From assembly GCA_018027755.1 (NCBI GenBank), contig GCA_018027755.1_4098.1: 64,000 bases of DNA; one strand, written 5' to 3'. Below the pieces are notes generated by a model. The model worked only from the letters and a program-made list of their open reading frames with translations. It was not told where the DNA came from and searched no databases. How positions within the stretch are numbered: the first letter of the stretch is position 1; each line of letters opens with the position of its first letter. The position numbers were made by a program, and so were the translations under genes. Source of the stretch: a phage. Positions 45,301 to 53,556 of this stretch are shown piece after piece.

Positions 45301-46331
45301 TTCCAGTACATAGAACTATTACCATACTCATTACCTTTAGTGATTAGAACAACATCACCATCTTGTGGTTCACCACTTGGGCGTGATTCGGTTTCTTCTT
45401 CTGGATCTAGTGCTAAACCATAAACACGAGTACCATCTTGCATTTTTTTCACATATACATTATAAATTCTATTGTTTTCACCATTGTTACCAATACTGGT
45501 GAATAGAATACGCATTCCATCTTGCGGAATAATACCATCAATACGTATACCACTATTAATATCTTTTTGAACGATATCTTCAGGTTTAATAATATCAGAG
45601 AACAGATCAACAGTTCCACGGAATTTTGTACCGTAGTTAATTAGCTCAATATTTTTATTATATTCAATAATTGGTGCACGTGCACGAATAAAACGTGAAT
45701 CTTGCATTAATTCTTCAGTTAATATTGAGCCATCTTCTAATGTTTCACCTAAAGTATACCAAAAGTTTTGTAGTGACCATGTATTACCATTAAGTGCTCC
45801 ACGTTCCATTACAATGTAATCAGGTGAAGTAATATTATAAGAGTTTTTAGTATCCCAAAGATATGAGCTAAAATTGTTCATTTTATTTGGGTTAATAGCT
45901 GGAGTCCATGCATAAAACTTACCGTTGAACAAACGGCTTTCATTATCGGTTAGTGCTCCATAATGATTCATGTATCCAACTAGATCATCATAAAATTGAA
46001 TTGAACGAATTGTCGAATCATCATTTTTTGAGACGTAAGCAGTGGACAACTGATAAAGTTGACGTGCTACAGTACTTTCATGTAAGAAGATATTACCAGC
46101 AGCGGCAGGAGAACCCATATCACCAATATAGCCGTCAACTAATTCGTTTTCAGCCGGATTAAACCATTGTTGAATAACATCATCACTGACTTTTTGAATA
46201 TCTTCTAAGCCTTGCATCCACTCAGGCAATCTTTTAATAAAAAGCTTCTTCTGTACTGCTTCAGCCATCTGTGTAGGTTGAAACTTAAAATTATTAGTCA
46301 TTTTTGGACTCCATATAATTCGTTCATTCAT
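36330..46331 (-). CDS. giant 3333-aa virion protein, possibly expanded baseplate wedge/fiber-network (gp7-position) protein
   Basis: Single uninterrupted 10-kb ORF; sits directly downstream of the gp25-like and gp6-like genes where the gp7/I-type wedge protein lies in T4/P2-like baseplate modules; no catalytic motif recognised. Confidence 0.55.
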   Translation of the reverse strand: MNERIIWSPKMTNNFKFQPTQMAEAVQKKLFIKRLPEWMQGLEDIQKVSDDVIQQWFNPAENELVDGYIGDMGSPAAAGNIFLHESTVARQLYQLSTAYVSKNDDSTIRSIQFYDDLVGYMNHYGALTDNESRLFNGKFYAWTPAINPNKMNNFSSYLWDTKNSYNITSPDYIVMERGALNGNTWSLQNFWYTLGETLEDGSILTEELMQDSRFIRARAPIIEYNKNIELINYGTKFRGTVDLFSDIIKPEDIVQKDINSGIRIDGIIPQDGMRILFTSIGNNGENNRIYNVYVKKMQDGTRVYGLALDPEEETESRPSGEPQDGDVVLITKGNEYGNSSMYWNGSLWVRAQSKTSVNVFPKFQLYDRNGIKLDNSTTYPSSNFKGSELFGFKINYNYATDSVYGYNIELGDYNYYIYENFLQSQRYTYDHLGKEVEIDGLYYYNIIDENNEMNLQTDWVRSEEYSKQFVKQTPQVQRTDMYRVFSTVYDMEVFKEPVDGMYAYVIEVDRTYQYYKADRETYLDWHPITGDGVQIVKYDHTFELAQKVLDNDSDIIEVVVDGVDVSKYTKNVSKGQVQSITLDSTVDLDEDSVIQIRTYSSTVTPNKELGAYEVPINLQNNPYNSNIIYINQGDYTLHFQDIIQKNITRGSSDDFNDYEERLAKGLVNNGVGTKIIQNEASMLPLMAHTANEDIDLFEATMFMQSEYFRFINKFNTQMLRMYDENPSDFLQNSAANIVDAILTTINMGRDSSFPFYYDNVGSTSGFIRAFIPPTPQFLGILQAYVPEKATFLTAGSKPSCYNISHTGIISKAYRVINGVDKMDDVVYELENRIFNSIDNKFKDVDYVPVLNSDDLFPTPYFTKTEYSAEEKQTLLLRGYINFTATNGISNSTHDYDPNNWRTWNYTGTYYVVNGQSTEIPARGSWRAIYTDQYGTYRPATHPWEMFGFSQRPTWWNQEYEPTAVQVGERDSDVVYVYEALVMNEQGDLVPSGLWDIDGTIGDSSTGTILFGDRRGQYDKYKRFGVQPFKITKTGNKTSSGIDICVVEYIAPEILGLVSGSLNHRAEPWTYGDMGDMEFTYMNTTLFAYDQMMLLYKAKPAQFANYFWDTRNDNLKEVFTDGSQFLYGDTRKRINFDKNTVVHGENNTRTIGYQMFVSDYLMYQNKNITTKYGDVVRSSYINVGHKIGGFTKADQLTFNAKSFGLISQENQTIGLVRSNNIRDEQMSAIKITWNGSAYQIDGYDLVGAKFKYKLPVKNGRKVTLKLENRNVVHYNEWKSEASIEYGKVFNSYQEVYTFICGYGEYLKEHGWIFEDVNDSGAQQDWNTIAKDFVIWSQNSLVTGEFISCTPSAANAKFGADFGSVQSITQNNGGVWSLLDDNNQGIRQYEIETSRIGNIFTVRTLESNKRIALIRLSLCSYEHAVIFDDKTIFGDYIYQPTYGSIQELIKMYGYITGSWTGRLQAPGFIILEAGTLPSFEKLVSDFQHYYDSETPVSDVQLQELSNHLIGYQSRDYLQRMISSDVSRVDFYKGFIHDKGTNQVLERVLRVSKSYDTDEYKALQEWAFKIGTYGNIDGKKNLQFKLINDQFKQQPQMVSFDVNATSNGNGNHIVYFGEQGKDPRWITRPNGKFSFPMRSGRSENIQLPDIGPVTLDEVSYTTKDFSTAYNDRITYTNGKGENPESVWMFKDGNGLWNIFELVDTNVQMVSITPIENTDVYAEQFCKVTLTDNVPLEDGDYYYFVDETNFMPDTLTVESQYYTAGSDPKVMVVPFDTSIDIEFTDPDTRPRLYRYVSRFASAEERQAYIDKKYSYKAPQSTFFDRPTTYDERTNITALYLNVYDPINGVIPGAAMQNVTYTSPIDPAQYNSNGELIQAWGADKVGQVWWNTSTAFYLDYTRAIYDADGNVDIDATNEYKRYNWGRLLPHSTIDVLEWVCSPVEPYNWDKYCKDVAKKNKNNTMYLPSGTALEDNYSTFLEYDSSTDSYVTKYYFWVRDTIYVPPLHTRTKSCTDIARIIKDPTQLNIPWFAPINENSFILSNMQFKVNDDTSILTVSYYMDSTEVVKHDQYQLCKEGDSYNFNPLIWDSMWNSLIGQETTESGSVINLLYPDVDNGLGSNKTWFQNVIEARRNFVESANNYYRSQNITTNSVVMEDVFNVKTTEVNPNEVSFRVLSYNNELVIAVESDKFKENDAVILSTSGYLPNPLTSSAVYFIHFDENGYIQLMNSPANAGSVVTITLENKGEGQHKMIKQSDYVESLGTSLDMTQYWSYADWYDVGYDSNTTYTQESSLEDANTKNYQVGDIIRVTDSENIWTLYIKSQSRDSIYWKAIGRENSTVELNDMLYADYSVHNDNGSLSNREINVRKALALLKNSFDLHQSEIVFDMVKYVHVEQSVVDWVFKTSYIYIVGLEQSLVQNYSNDNLINQIVEYFEEVKPYRTKIRSQIEQKTSDDDLIKGLCNDLDPNGYIFVDGSWIKTEKDIWDYEYAQFNEITQKWEQVGSLPSDFVTPNRRFQEIDIIMHYDNIQCKPNEDLASINELVSVNNKYQSNEKDAVSNYELQRYIYSFPEYSEETFDLLIAYQMQIYYPELDVTLGTAYGVNQWYKDHAEDLEATDEFTATLERVYKESTHNDMFTDLRQYVQYNTLANRLKLYKDISDEKIHDEVGCGFSGLTYNDNPSTRLPLGFSSSNDYNYGYFEISSELYQKYISLIKDKNPDASDYEVKVKLEVEYGVYVYRYDEVGGDTRFYTDAIHVLAGMRGLFDKDATDKYEKAEEILSKTPIDIYAITMIPRKYVYLNVNGVYQSIPDEQSIDDFMEDYFITNGEMVELAEINLDDLPLDQNNPMYSDYQYILDSITEAKYFNDMNAFDNLALESQTSSIKWEVKDDEVDPYIVDISDINPSGRDVGQIRFTVDGYGFDNVSLVQLRDNSRYQTEGMAIINPYKHTEAIVSIPSYAKIENDINKTTSKFDEKYFYRVRSINSLTEAEIVDNDLSDGDKVMIFTPDGEDFVRYQNHTWETILRVSNIKNNTTPILFTVRNTGKETIELIDESTGTVLRYDNITLAQQNEPVQPLALNIVRVRTFADPEFVKNGIKLYEQNRNYTIDVINYDVFYDTTLNGGKYNDGITPDDVDVWIISNEIFDVDGITIDNGYNLPITGAGVLSELARTKMTDSLEINVIEYDSSVIQPFRNNEGIWVYGYPMVDGMYIGVVGGTVTNITTISEENTTYVSQPKSISPYSIRNNVLSGSAANMNDIISIGYEKVEVRNANNLLRGVMYSAEHDFKLNTTYSFNGINLGNYDMLKRYTQNSYTIDLSVYTDSLQVSGNDIKNILLVK

Positions 46332-46345
46332 TTGATTTATTTATG

Positions 46346-46376
46346 ATATAAAAAAGGCGTTCCGAAGAACGCCCGT
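46346..46376 (-). terminator. intrinsic terminator between gp6-like and giant gene
   Basis: Minus strand GGGCGTTC-TTCG-GAACGCC followed by TTTTTTAT. Confidence 0.6.
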
Positions 46377-46380
46377 TATA

Positions 46381-49300
46381 TTAAGAACCGATATTAATAT
46401 TACTTTTAGCTAGTGAGTTAACAATTTGAACATTTTCAACAGATGCAGTACTCAAAAATATTTGGTCTGAACGTGAAGGGATTTCAAATAGAGAGCCAAA
46501 TTTTGAATTTGGATTTTGTGCAACTATAACAATGGTACTAATATGTCTACCTAACTGTGAGTGTATGTAAGTACACAAATCAGTATAATAGAAACTTTCA
46601 CCGAAATCCCAGTTATCAACATTGAAGTATTCATTAGTTAATGCTATGACATTTTGACGAATTTCATCGTCACTCATTGTGCTGTTTGGTAATTTCACTA
46701 CTTTAAAATCAGCTTTGTAATCTTCCGCAGCACTGTTGCCAAATAAAGGTAAGTACTCAGCACTATGCCAAATAATACTATCACTAATGACTATTTTTTG
46801 TTCAACATCTTTGAACATATCTTTCAATTCAACCGATGTAGGTGGTTTAGGAATACTACCAACAGCATTATTTTTCAACCAAACGTCAACTTCAGTTTTA
46901 TATGAATTGGTTAATACATACATATCAATTAAGTTTGTTCTACTAGGATCAATGCGATTGTCGTCAGGTGCATAGTGTTTCCAATGGAAGTCTATGCTAG
47001 TACGTGCATTAGTTTTAACAGTGTACTGTGAAGTAACATCTTTGTATCCATAATAATCTAGCTTCTGATTCTCGTCAGCATTAGTTCCCATGTTATTAAT
47101 TGCACGATAAAAAGCCAATTCAGGACTAACAGTGCCAGTATCATCGGAATAAGTTAAATTACTAATTAGCTGTCCTAAACGATCATTGTTATTACCAACT
47201 GTTTGTTCAATAAAATAATATTTACCATCATAGTTAAAACCAACTAAAAATCCAGAACCTTTACTATATAATCCACTCAATGTGGTTGAACGAATTGCGT
47301 TATTTCTAACAAATTCAGTTCTTTTATATGCATTCGGCTCTGCCAAGGCTTGTTCCATTGTATAAGACCAAGATGAATCAAGAAGTGTGAAAGTATCATT
47401 TGGTAAAGATAGTACTGATATAGTGAAATCACTATTTTCCTGAAATACCAAAATACCACCATATTTTAATGCATCGGTTCCAGTCCAAGTAGGGACAATT
47501 TCTTTAAATTGGTTTGGTTCCAATGGTATACCATTACTATCTACTTTCCTAGATGTAACAATAACACGAGAACCATCTAGATAGCCATTCTCTTGTTGAA
47601 TTGTGTCATAAATTTGAAAATCTATATTACTTGTCAATCCTGAATTACTACTACTAGTAGTGTTAGATGATAAAATTTCAATCTTATCACTTTGAACTGT
47701 ACCAGTACTAATATCAGTGATTTTTTTAGATGATACAAAGTAAAATCTTACTTTTTCTCCACCCACAAAAATATATTCAATACCGTTAGCATCAAATTCC
47801 CAAGTTTCTGCTGTATATTTTACATTAATTATAATTAAAACTTCATTGCCATTATATACAATAGTATCATCATTGGTACTTACTTCAATAGGAACCCATG
47901 ATGTCGTTTCTTTGTCATGTACAATAACAAAATCAGTTTTTTTATCTAGCATAGCAGAAATTGCTTGAACTTCAACCGAGTTAAATCTAGTTCTATATGG
48001 TAAAATGTACTCTATGGCTTGCATTCCACTTGGAACCGATGTACTCAGTACATAAAATCCATTATCCAATACACTAACTACACTAGCCCATATAGTAGTT
48101 CCAGAATTAGAAAATTTAATTAGAGTACCAACCTGATATGAACCATAAACTGTACCAGATGAACCCAAAATTCTACCATATGTGTTAGTTGTATAATTTG
48201 AATTGTATACCGGAGTCCATGCTTGTTGTATTTCAATACCAATTGTATTTGATGGAAACGCTTGGTAACGTTGTATTACCGCATTTTCACCAATCAATGG
48301 TTGAATATTGTCAATAACAATACTAGCATTTGTTTTTGTAGTTGGTAGCAATAATGATCTATTAAATTGTGTGTTTTCTTGATATAATGCACCATCATCA
48401 CTAAAAACATCGGTATTTTGATACTTACCAGTAGGATCATTAATATCAATAAATCTTGATTGTCCACTATAAATTCTATTAATAGCTTTAGATTTAAGTA
48501 CAGTATTGCCTAAACTAAGTGGTGCAATATTATAATCTTCACCATTGACAAAACGGTTTTGTGTATAGTACATTTGTGGTGCACGTGCTTTAATCTGCTC
48601 AATAGTCTCTGCACTTTGTGCACGGTCGGACTCATATTGTAATGAAAAACGTATATCCAATGTACTAGATTCATAACTTGACTGTGTTTTTGTACGATAT
48701 GTATATTTTACGCTTTTATTTTGAATTTCAGAAGTTTTAATGTTATATGTTTTACCATTACTAACACGATACCATACACGGAACGTCCCACGGGGAACAA
48801 CACCACTTCTTGAGTCTGGGTACTTAATTGTTATTTGGTCTTTATCACGAGTAGTAACAGCAAAAATTGTTTTTAATTGACGATTAACAGTGTTATATGC
48901 AATACTTTCCATTGATGGAACTTTTGTCCATTTGGTACGAACAATACCATCTTCATTTATTTCTTGAACCCATACATCAGTTTCGTTGATATTATCAACG
49001 TTAATATCTTGTATACGGTTCTCTTCACGGATAGCATATTGATAATCTTGATATGTCAATGTACCTTGTACGAAATATACAAAAAACCCAGTATTTGGTG
49101 AGCTAAATCCATTACCATCATTTTGATAAACAATATATTTTTGCTCTTGTGGTTCTGGATGTCGTTCTTCAACACCAACAGACGTAATATCAGGATTCAC
49201 TACTTCAAATGTCATAGATTCACCATTGACAGTTGCAACAAATGGAATACTGGGTGCTGTCATTGGGATGGTGTTCATTCGATATAGTTGGCGGGAGACA

Positions 49301-49842
49301 CCATTAACATCAATACGCTTGACTGGATTACCAAATTGGTTAGTACTGACAAATGAACTGTTCATTACTAGAATAAAGTTTTCATACCAGTTAGCATCCA
49401 TCGGGTCATTCCAACGAATGATTTTATCTTTTAATGATTCATTAAAACTATTACGAACATCTTGGTTTGTTTTAATTTCGGTTAATTTAGCAACTGCACG
49501 ACCTGGATATGAGCGGCGTGGTGAGTAAGAAATCATTTTAGCTAGTTTTAGTACTGATGCACGACGAGTTGCAGTATCTAAAAAGTTTTCACGTGTGTTC
49601 AAATCCATACGAAATGCCAAGTTCTGACCTAGCATAGAAATCGTATCTAAAATAAAAATAAACTGGTCGTTTTCGATCCAGTCGTTGAATGAGTCTGGGT
49701 AAGTTGCACGTAGATAATCAATCATACTCTGACGGATAGTATCGAAATCATAAGCTGTTAGATTGATTTTATAAAAACTTTCATATACTTGAGTCCAATC
49801 CTCACCACTATATAAATTAGACTGTCTTTTTTGTTGTGACAT
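46381..49842 (-). CDS. baseplate wedge protein, gp6/Baseplate-J-like (by synteny)
   Basis: 1153 aa immediately downstream of gp25-like gene (conserved W-J order); AAAGGA RBS. Confidence 0.4.
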   Translation of the reverse strand: MSQQKRQSNLYSGEDWTQVYESFYKINLTAYDFDTIRQSMIDYLRATYPDSFNDWIENDQFIFILDTISMLGQNLAFRMDLNTRENFLDTATRRASVLKLAKMISYSPRRSYPGRAVAKLTEIKTNQDVRNSFNESLKDKIIRWNDPMDANWYENFILVMNSSFVSTNQFGNPVKRIDVNGVSRQLYRMNTIPMTAPSIPFVATVNGESMTFEVVNPDITSVGVEERHPEPQEQKYIVYQNDGNGFSSPNTGFFVYFVQGTLTYQDYQYAIREENRIQDINVDNINETDVWVQEINEDGIVRTKWTKVPSMESIAYNTVNRQLKTIFAVTTRDKDQITIKYPDSRSGVVPRGTFRVWYRVSNGKTYNIKTSEIQNKSVKYTYRTKTQSSYESSTLDIRFSLQYESDRAQSAETIEQIKARAPQMYYTQNRFVNGEDYNIAPLSLGNTVLKSKAINRIYSGQSRFIDINDPTGKYQNTDVFSDDGALYQENTQFNRSLLLPTTKTNASIVIDNIQPLIGENAVIQRYQAFPSNTIGIEIQQAWTPVYNSNYTTNTYGRILGSSGTVYGSYQVGTLIKFSNSGTTIWASVVSVLDNGFYVLSTSVPSGMQAIEYILPYRTRFNSVEVQAISAMLDKKTDFVIVHDKETTSWVPIEVSTNDDTIVYNGNEVLIIINVKYTAETWEFDANGIEYIFVGGEKVRFYFVSSKKITDISTGTVQSDKIEILSSNTTSSSNSGLTSNIDFQIYDTIQQENGYLDGSRVIVTSRKVDSNGIPLEPNQFKEIVPTWTGTDALKYGGILVFQENSDFTISVLSLPNDTFTLLDSSWSYTMEQALAEPNAYKRTEFVRNNAIRSTTLSGLYSKGSGFLVGFNYDGKYYFIEQTVGNNNDRLGQLISNLTYSDDTGTVSPELAFYRAINNMGTNADENQKLDYYGYKDVTSQYTVKTNARTSIDFHWKHYAPDDNRIDPSRTNLIDMYVLTNSYKTEVDVWLKNNAVGSIPKPPTSVELKDMFKDVEQKIVISDSIIWHSAEYLPLFGNSAAEDYKADFKVVKLPNSTMSDDEIRQNVIALTNEYFNVDNWDFGESFYYTDLCTYIHSQLGRHISTIVIVAQNPNSKFGSLFEIPSRSDQIFLSTASVENVQIVNSLAKSNINIGS

Positions 49843-49907
49843 AATTTATTCCTTTAAATCAGTAAAGTACTAGATCAGTACTGGGAATTATATATAGAAA
49901 TATTTAT

Positions 49908-49942
49908 TCAAAAAGAAAAGCACTCCGAAGAGTGCTTTTATA
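49908..49942 (-). terminator. bidirectional hairpin terminator
   Basis: GCACTC-CGAA-GAGTGC flanked by A/T runs. Confidence 0.55.
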
Positions 49943-49943
49943 A

Positions 49944-50339
49944 TTATAAAGACGAAACTGAATATGTTGCCATTCGATTATTACTTCTTGCATCAAATAC
50001 TATAGTAAGTTCTTCTAATGTGTCCAATACTACGTACTGTAATACAATATTCATTTGGTATCCATATTCTATTCTTGAAATTTGTAATTTTTTAAGATTT
50101 AAACGTGGGTCTAAGCTAATTATTCTACGGGCATCTGCTTCTAAAAGGTTGATAGTATTATAACCTTCCAATTCAAATAGCAAATCCCATGCAATAAACC
50201 CATAGTCAGCATCAAATGCTCGTTCACCTTTTTTTGTATTGAAATGATTCATTAAATCTTGGCGAACCAATTCACTATCATACAATGTTTCAGTTCTACC
50301 AACTACAGGGGTAGAAAACCCTTTAAAAACAACTGCCAT
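49944..50339 (-). CDS. baseplate wedge subunit, gp25-like
   Basis: 131 aa; KGERAFDADYGFIAWDLLFE matches T4 gp25 KGSRPFDPEFGCDLSDQLFE region. Confidence 0.65.
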   Translation of the reverse strand: MAVVFKGFSTPVVGRTETLYDSELVRQDLMNHFNTKKGERAFDADYGFIAWDLLFELEGYNTINLLEADARRIISLDPRLNLKKLQISRIEYGYQMNIVLQYVVLDTLEELTIVFDARSNNRMATYSVSSL

Positions 50340-50354
50340 TGTCTATTTCCTTTA

Positions 50355-50843
50355 TTATACGGATTCAACGATACGTGCCATCTTTTCCGCTCGTGAAGTG
50401 GTTTGTTTATACCATGTACTATCACGCAATTCTTTACCAGCAGTTTTGTAATCAGCTTTACCTAATGCGGTCATTGCTTTTTTAAATTTCAAAACTTTGG
50501 TTTTTCCCATTTGGAATACCATTAACCATAATACACGTTGTACCTGTACTGGTGCGGTCATACCGAATTGTTCATAAATTGATTTTGCATCATTGTACGC
50601 AGTTTGAGCATCTTTGAGAAGAAGTTGGTCAGCTTGAGCTTCGGTCAAACCATTCTTGAAATTTTCACCAGGAAGAACTAGATGACCATAACCAATAGTA
50701 TCAAGACCTAAACTGTCTTTATATACCCAAAACTTATCATTTTTAAAATAACCAAGTTTTTTCTGATAAGCAATAGTTCCTTCAAATTCTTTAATTTCCT
50801 TAAAAAATTGCTCATCTGTATTTTTAATTTCCCATTTACTCAT
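50355..50843 (-). CDS. T4-type lysozyme (GH24 endolysin)
   Basis: EFEGT...DTIGYGHL and MVFQMGKTKVLKFKK...STWYKQTTSRAEKMARI align with T4 lysozyme catalytic Glu/Asp/Thr and C-lobe. Confidence 0.85.
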   Translation of the reverse strand: MSKWEIKNTDEQFFKEIKEFEGTIAYQKKLGYFKNDKFWVYKDSLGLDTIGYGHLVLPGENFKNGLTEAQADQLLLKDAQTAYNDAKSIYEQFGMTAPVQVQRVLWLMVFQMGKTKVLKFKKAMTALGKADYKTAGKELRDSTWYKQTTSRAEKMARIVESV

Positions 50844-50859
50844 AAAGATATCCTCGTTT

Positions 50860-50867
50860 TATTTATA
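50860..50867 (-). promoter_or_regulatory. T4-type late promoter box TATAAATA
   Basis: Exact TATAAATA on minus strand about 17 nt upstream of lysozyme ATG, followed by GAGGA RBS. Confidence 0.5.
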
Positions 50868-50879
50868 GTGCTAAAATAT

Positions 50880-53543
50880 TTATTGACATGCCTCCAAACG
50901 ACGAGCCATTAACTCCGCACGGCGTGTGGTTTGGCGATACCAAGCAGAATTGCGGATTTGTGCCGCTGCTTGTTTATAATTACCTTTTGCCATTTCTGAT
51001 AACATAGTTTTAAATTTCAATACACCACCTTTACCCATCTGAAATACCATTTGGCATAGTACTTGTTGAGCAAGATAAGGAGTTTTCATGTTATATGAAG
51101 CATAAATTGATTTGGCATCATAAATTGCTTTACTACTATCACGAACTAACATATCATTTGCTTGTTGTTCAGTTATTCCATCAGAGAAGTTTTCACCGCT
51201 AACAATTAAGTGACCGTAACCAATAGTTGGATATCCACGACTATCTAAATAACGCCAGAACTTACCATTACGATAATATCCCTTTGCTTGTTGATATTGT
51301 AATGTACCCTCATATTCTTTTAATTCAGAAATAAACTGAGCATCACCTGGAACAACTTTCCAATCTATGGCTGTTTTATCAACATTACCTATATTATAAG
51401 TTGGTTGCTCAACTGGCGTAGTTGAAACACCACTTCTTTGTGTTCTTCTCCTACGAGGAACATGTCGTGAACCACGTTGTGAATAACCTGTACCAATTGT
51501 TTTAATTTTTGTAGTAACTACTAATTCATCACTATCAACAGAAGGTTGCACTACTGCTTGAGGTGCAGATTGATTGGTTGCTTTTCCTGCAATTAATGTT
51601 TTATTGGCTGCGTCAGAACCAGTACCAGTTTGAGATGCATAAAATAGACCCGGATCAACTGAACCGCTAAAACCAAGCACGTTAGCTGATGTAACACGTA
51701 TTTCAAACTGTATAACACCATTTGCTTTACCAACAACTTGGCCTTTTTGAACAACATCTTTGTTTAATAAATCAGATTGAATATTATAAAATACAGATTT
51801 ATATCCTGACTTATGTTGTATTAACAGTGCACCATTAGTAATTACTATTACACCACCATCGGGTGCAACTATGTCACCTTTACATTGTATTTCCCATCCA
51901 GAACGATCTGACTTCCCACCACTTTGTGTTGGAACACCTTTCCCCCAATAACCATATTGGCGAATAGTACCACTACATGGCATGAACATATGTAAACCTT
52001 CATATGTAATACTATATCCAGTCATCCCAGGGTCAGATGTCATTAAATCTTGAGATTGCACTTGTTCAGTTTCTGATGTATAGTTAACAAACTGAACAGC
52101 TTCAGTGTCTTGTGCTACGGGTAATTCTGGTGATACATCATTTGCTGGTTGTGGTTGTACTGGTGATTCACTAGAACCACTTCCACCACCTTGTCTTGGT
52201 GGTTCAACATAACTACCATGATTTTCAGCGTTAACCCATGCAGCAATATCATGAATGTGTTCATTAAGACCAGCAGATGGTGTTCTAAAGTTTGGTGCAG
52301 TAAATTCAGCAGTACCGCTATTACCACCACTATTAACTGTTAATGTTTGACCACCACCACTAATAATTGCTGATGATGATCCAATTAGGTTTGCAGATGT
52401 TGCGGCAGAAATAGAAGCATTTGAACCAGCCGTAATATCAGTACTGCTACCACTTTGCATACGTAATGATGCAGCAGTAACTAAACGAAGGTCTGCCCCA
52501 GAATTAACAACAACTTGACCACCAACTTTTGCATCAAGAGCACCAATTAGATCTAATTTAGTATTTGCACCAACTCGTGCATTGAAATCTTGTCCGGTTT
52601 CAATATTATATGAACGTCCAGCAGTAATATTAATATCTTGACCAGCACGAATATTAATATTCTTATCACAATGCATGTCAATATCACCTTCACCAGTGAA
52701 TTTTATACGTGCAGTGCCATCACGGTTAATTAAAAGAACATCACCAGTAGCTTCTGATAAAAGAAGTTGTGCACCACTACGTGTTTTTATTACGACACCT
52801 TCATTTTTACGAGAACCAACACGTGTATCGTTTACTGGGTTATTAAATTGTGTATCTTGATATCCATCTGGGTCTTGATCCCACGTTGGTGCTGTTAATT
52901 CCTCTTCAGTATATCCATCATCAATAATAAAACTATTACCACGTGGCGAAGACATACCATATACAGTACTGGTGGTTTGACGAGTACTACTACGATTCGC
53001 CAACCCAGCTTCTTCGTCATATAAAAGGTTTTGCTTTTTAAGACCTGCGATAATTGGAACGTTAGCATATTTGTCTTGCATATCGGTAGTGATAGTGTTA
53101 CGATCATAGTCAGTAACAGGAAGTGGCATATCAGTTCCACCATAATTACTTACTTCAGTTGCCATACCAGGAACCATAGTATTCATACGCTGGTCATATA
53201 CACAACCAATCCAATATGCTTGGAATGTACGGGCTTGTGCAAAAATTACAACAACTGTACACCCTACATCTGGTGGTACTGCCCAAAAACCATATCCTTT
53301 TGGATATTGACCATATGCATCAGCACTTGGAATACCTGGTGTTTTGCCAGCAAAAGGAGACATGTAAGATGCTTCTATCCATGATTCTTTTGAGTTTTTA
53401 TCACTTTGAGAACCTTGTATCCAAACTTTCAGTTTTCCTGATTTAGTTGGATCTCTGTTATCCATAACAGTTGCTAACTGCGGATAAGATGGGTCAAAAC
53501 GACCCAACTGCTGTTGTGCATACTTTTTACTTGTATCTGCCAT
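50880..53543 (-). CDS. baseplate central spike (gp5-like) with degenerate M23-like domain and C-terminal lysozyme domain
   Basis: N-terminal OB-type motif DPTKSGKLKVWIQG; beta-helix-like repeats NINIRAGQDINITAGRSYNIETGQDFNARVGANT; M23-like segment lacking the His ligands (CKGDIV, YNIQS, VIQFE); C-terminal GH24 domain EYEGT...PTIGYGHL...MVFQMGKGGVLKFK. Confidence 0.75.
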   Translation of the reverse strand: MADTSKKYAQQQLGRFDPSYPQLATVMDNRDPTKSGKLKVWIQGSQSDKNSKESWIEASYMSPFAGKTPGIPSADAYGQYPKGYGFWAVPPDVGCTVVVIFAQARTFQAYWIGCVYDQRMNTMVPGMATEVSNYGGTDMPLPVTDYDRNTITTDMQDKYANVPIIAGLKKQNLLYDEEAGLANRSSTRQTTSTVYGMSSPRGNSFIIDDGYTEEELTAPTWDQDPDGYQDTQFNNPVNDTRVGSRKNEGVVIKTRSGAQLLLSEATGDVLLINRDGTARIKFTGEGDIDMHCDKNINIRAGQDINITAGRSYNIETGQDFNARVGANTKLDLIGALDAKVGGQVVVNSGADLRLVTAASLRMQSGSSTDITAGSNASISAATSANLIGSSSAIISGGGQTLTVNSGGNSGTAEFTAPNFRTPSAGLNEHIHDIAAWVNAENHGSYVEPPRQGGGSGSSESPVQPQPANDVSPELPVAQDTEAVQFVNYTSETEQVQSQDLMTSDPGMTGYSITYEGLHMFMPCSGTIRQYGYWGKGVPTQSGGKSDRSGWEIQCKGDIVAPDGGVIVITNGALLIQHKSGYKSVFYNIQSDLLNKDVVQKGQVVGKANGVIQFEIRVTSANVLGFSGSVDPGLFYASQTGTGSDAANKTLIAGKATNQSAPQAVVQPSVDSDELVVTTKIKTIGTGYSQRGSRHVPRRRRTQRSGVSTTPVEQPTYNIGNVDKTAIDWKVVPGDAQFISELKEYEGTLQYQQAKGYYRNGKFWRYLDSRGYPTIGYGHLIVSGENFSDGITEQQANDMLVRDSSKAIYDAKSIYASYNMKTPYLAQQVLCQMVFQMGKGGVLKFKTMLSEMAKGNYKQAAAQIRNSAWYRQTTRRAELMARRLEACQ

Positions 53544-53556
53544 AATATTTTATTCC

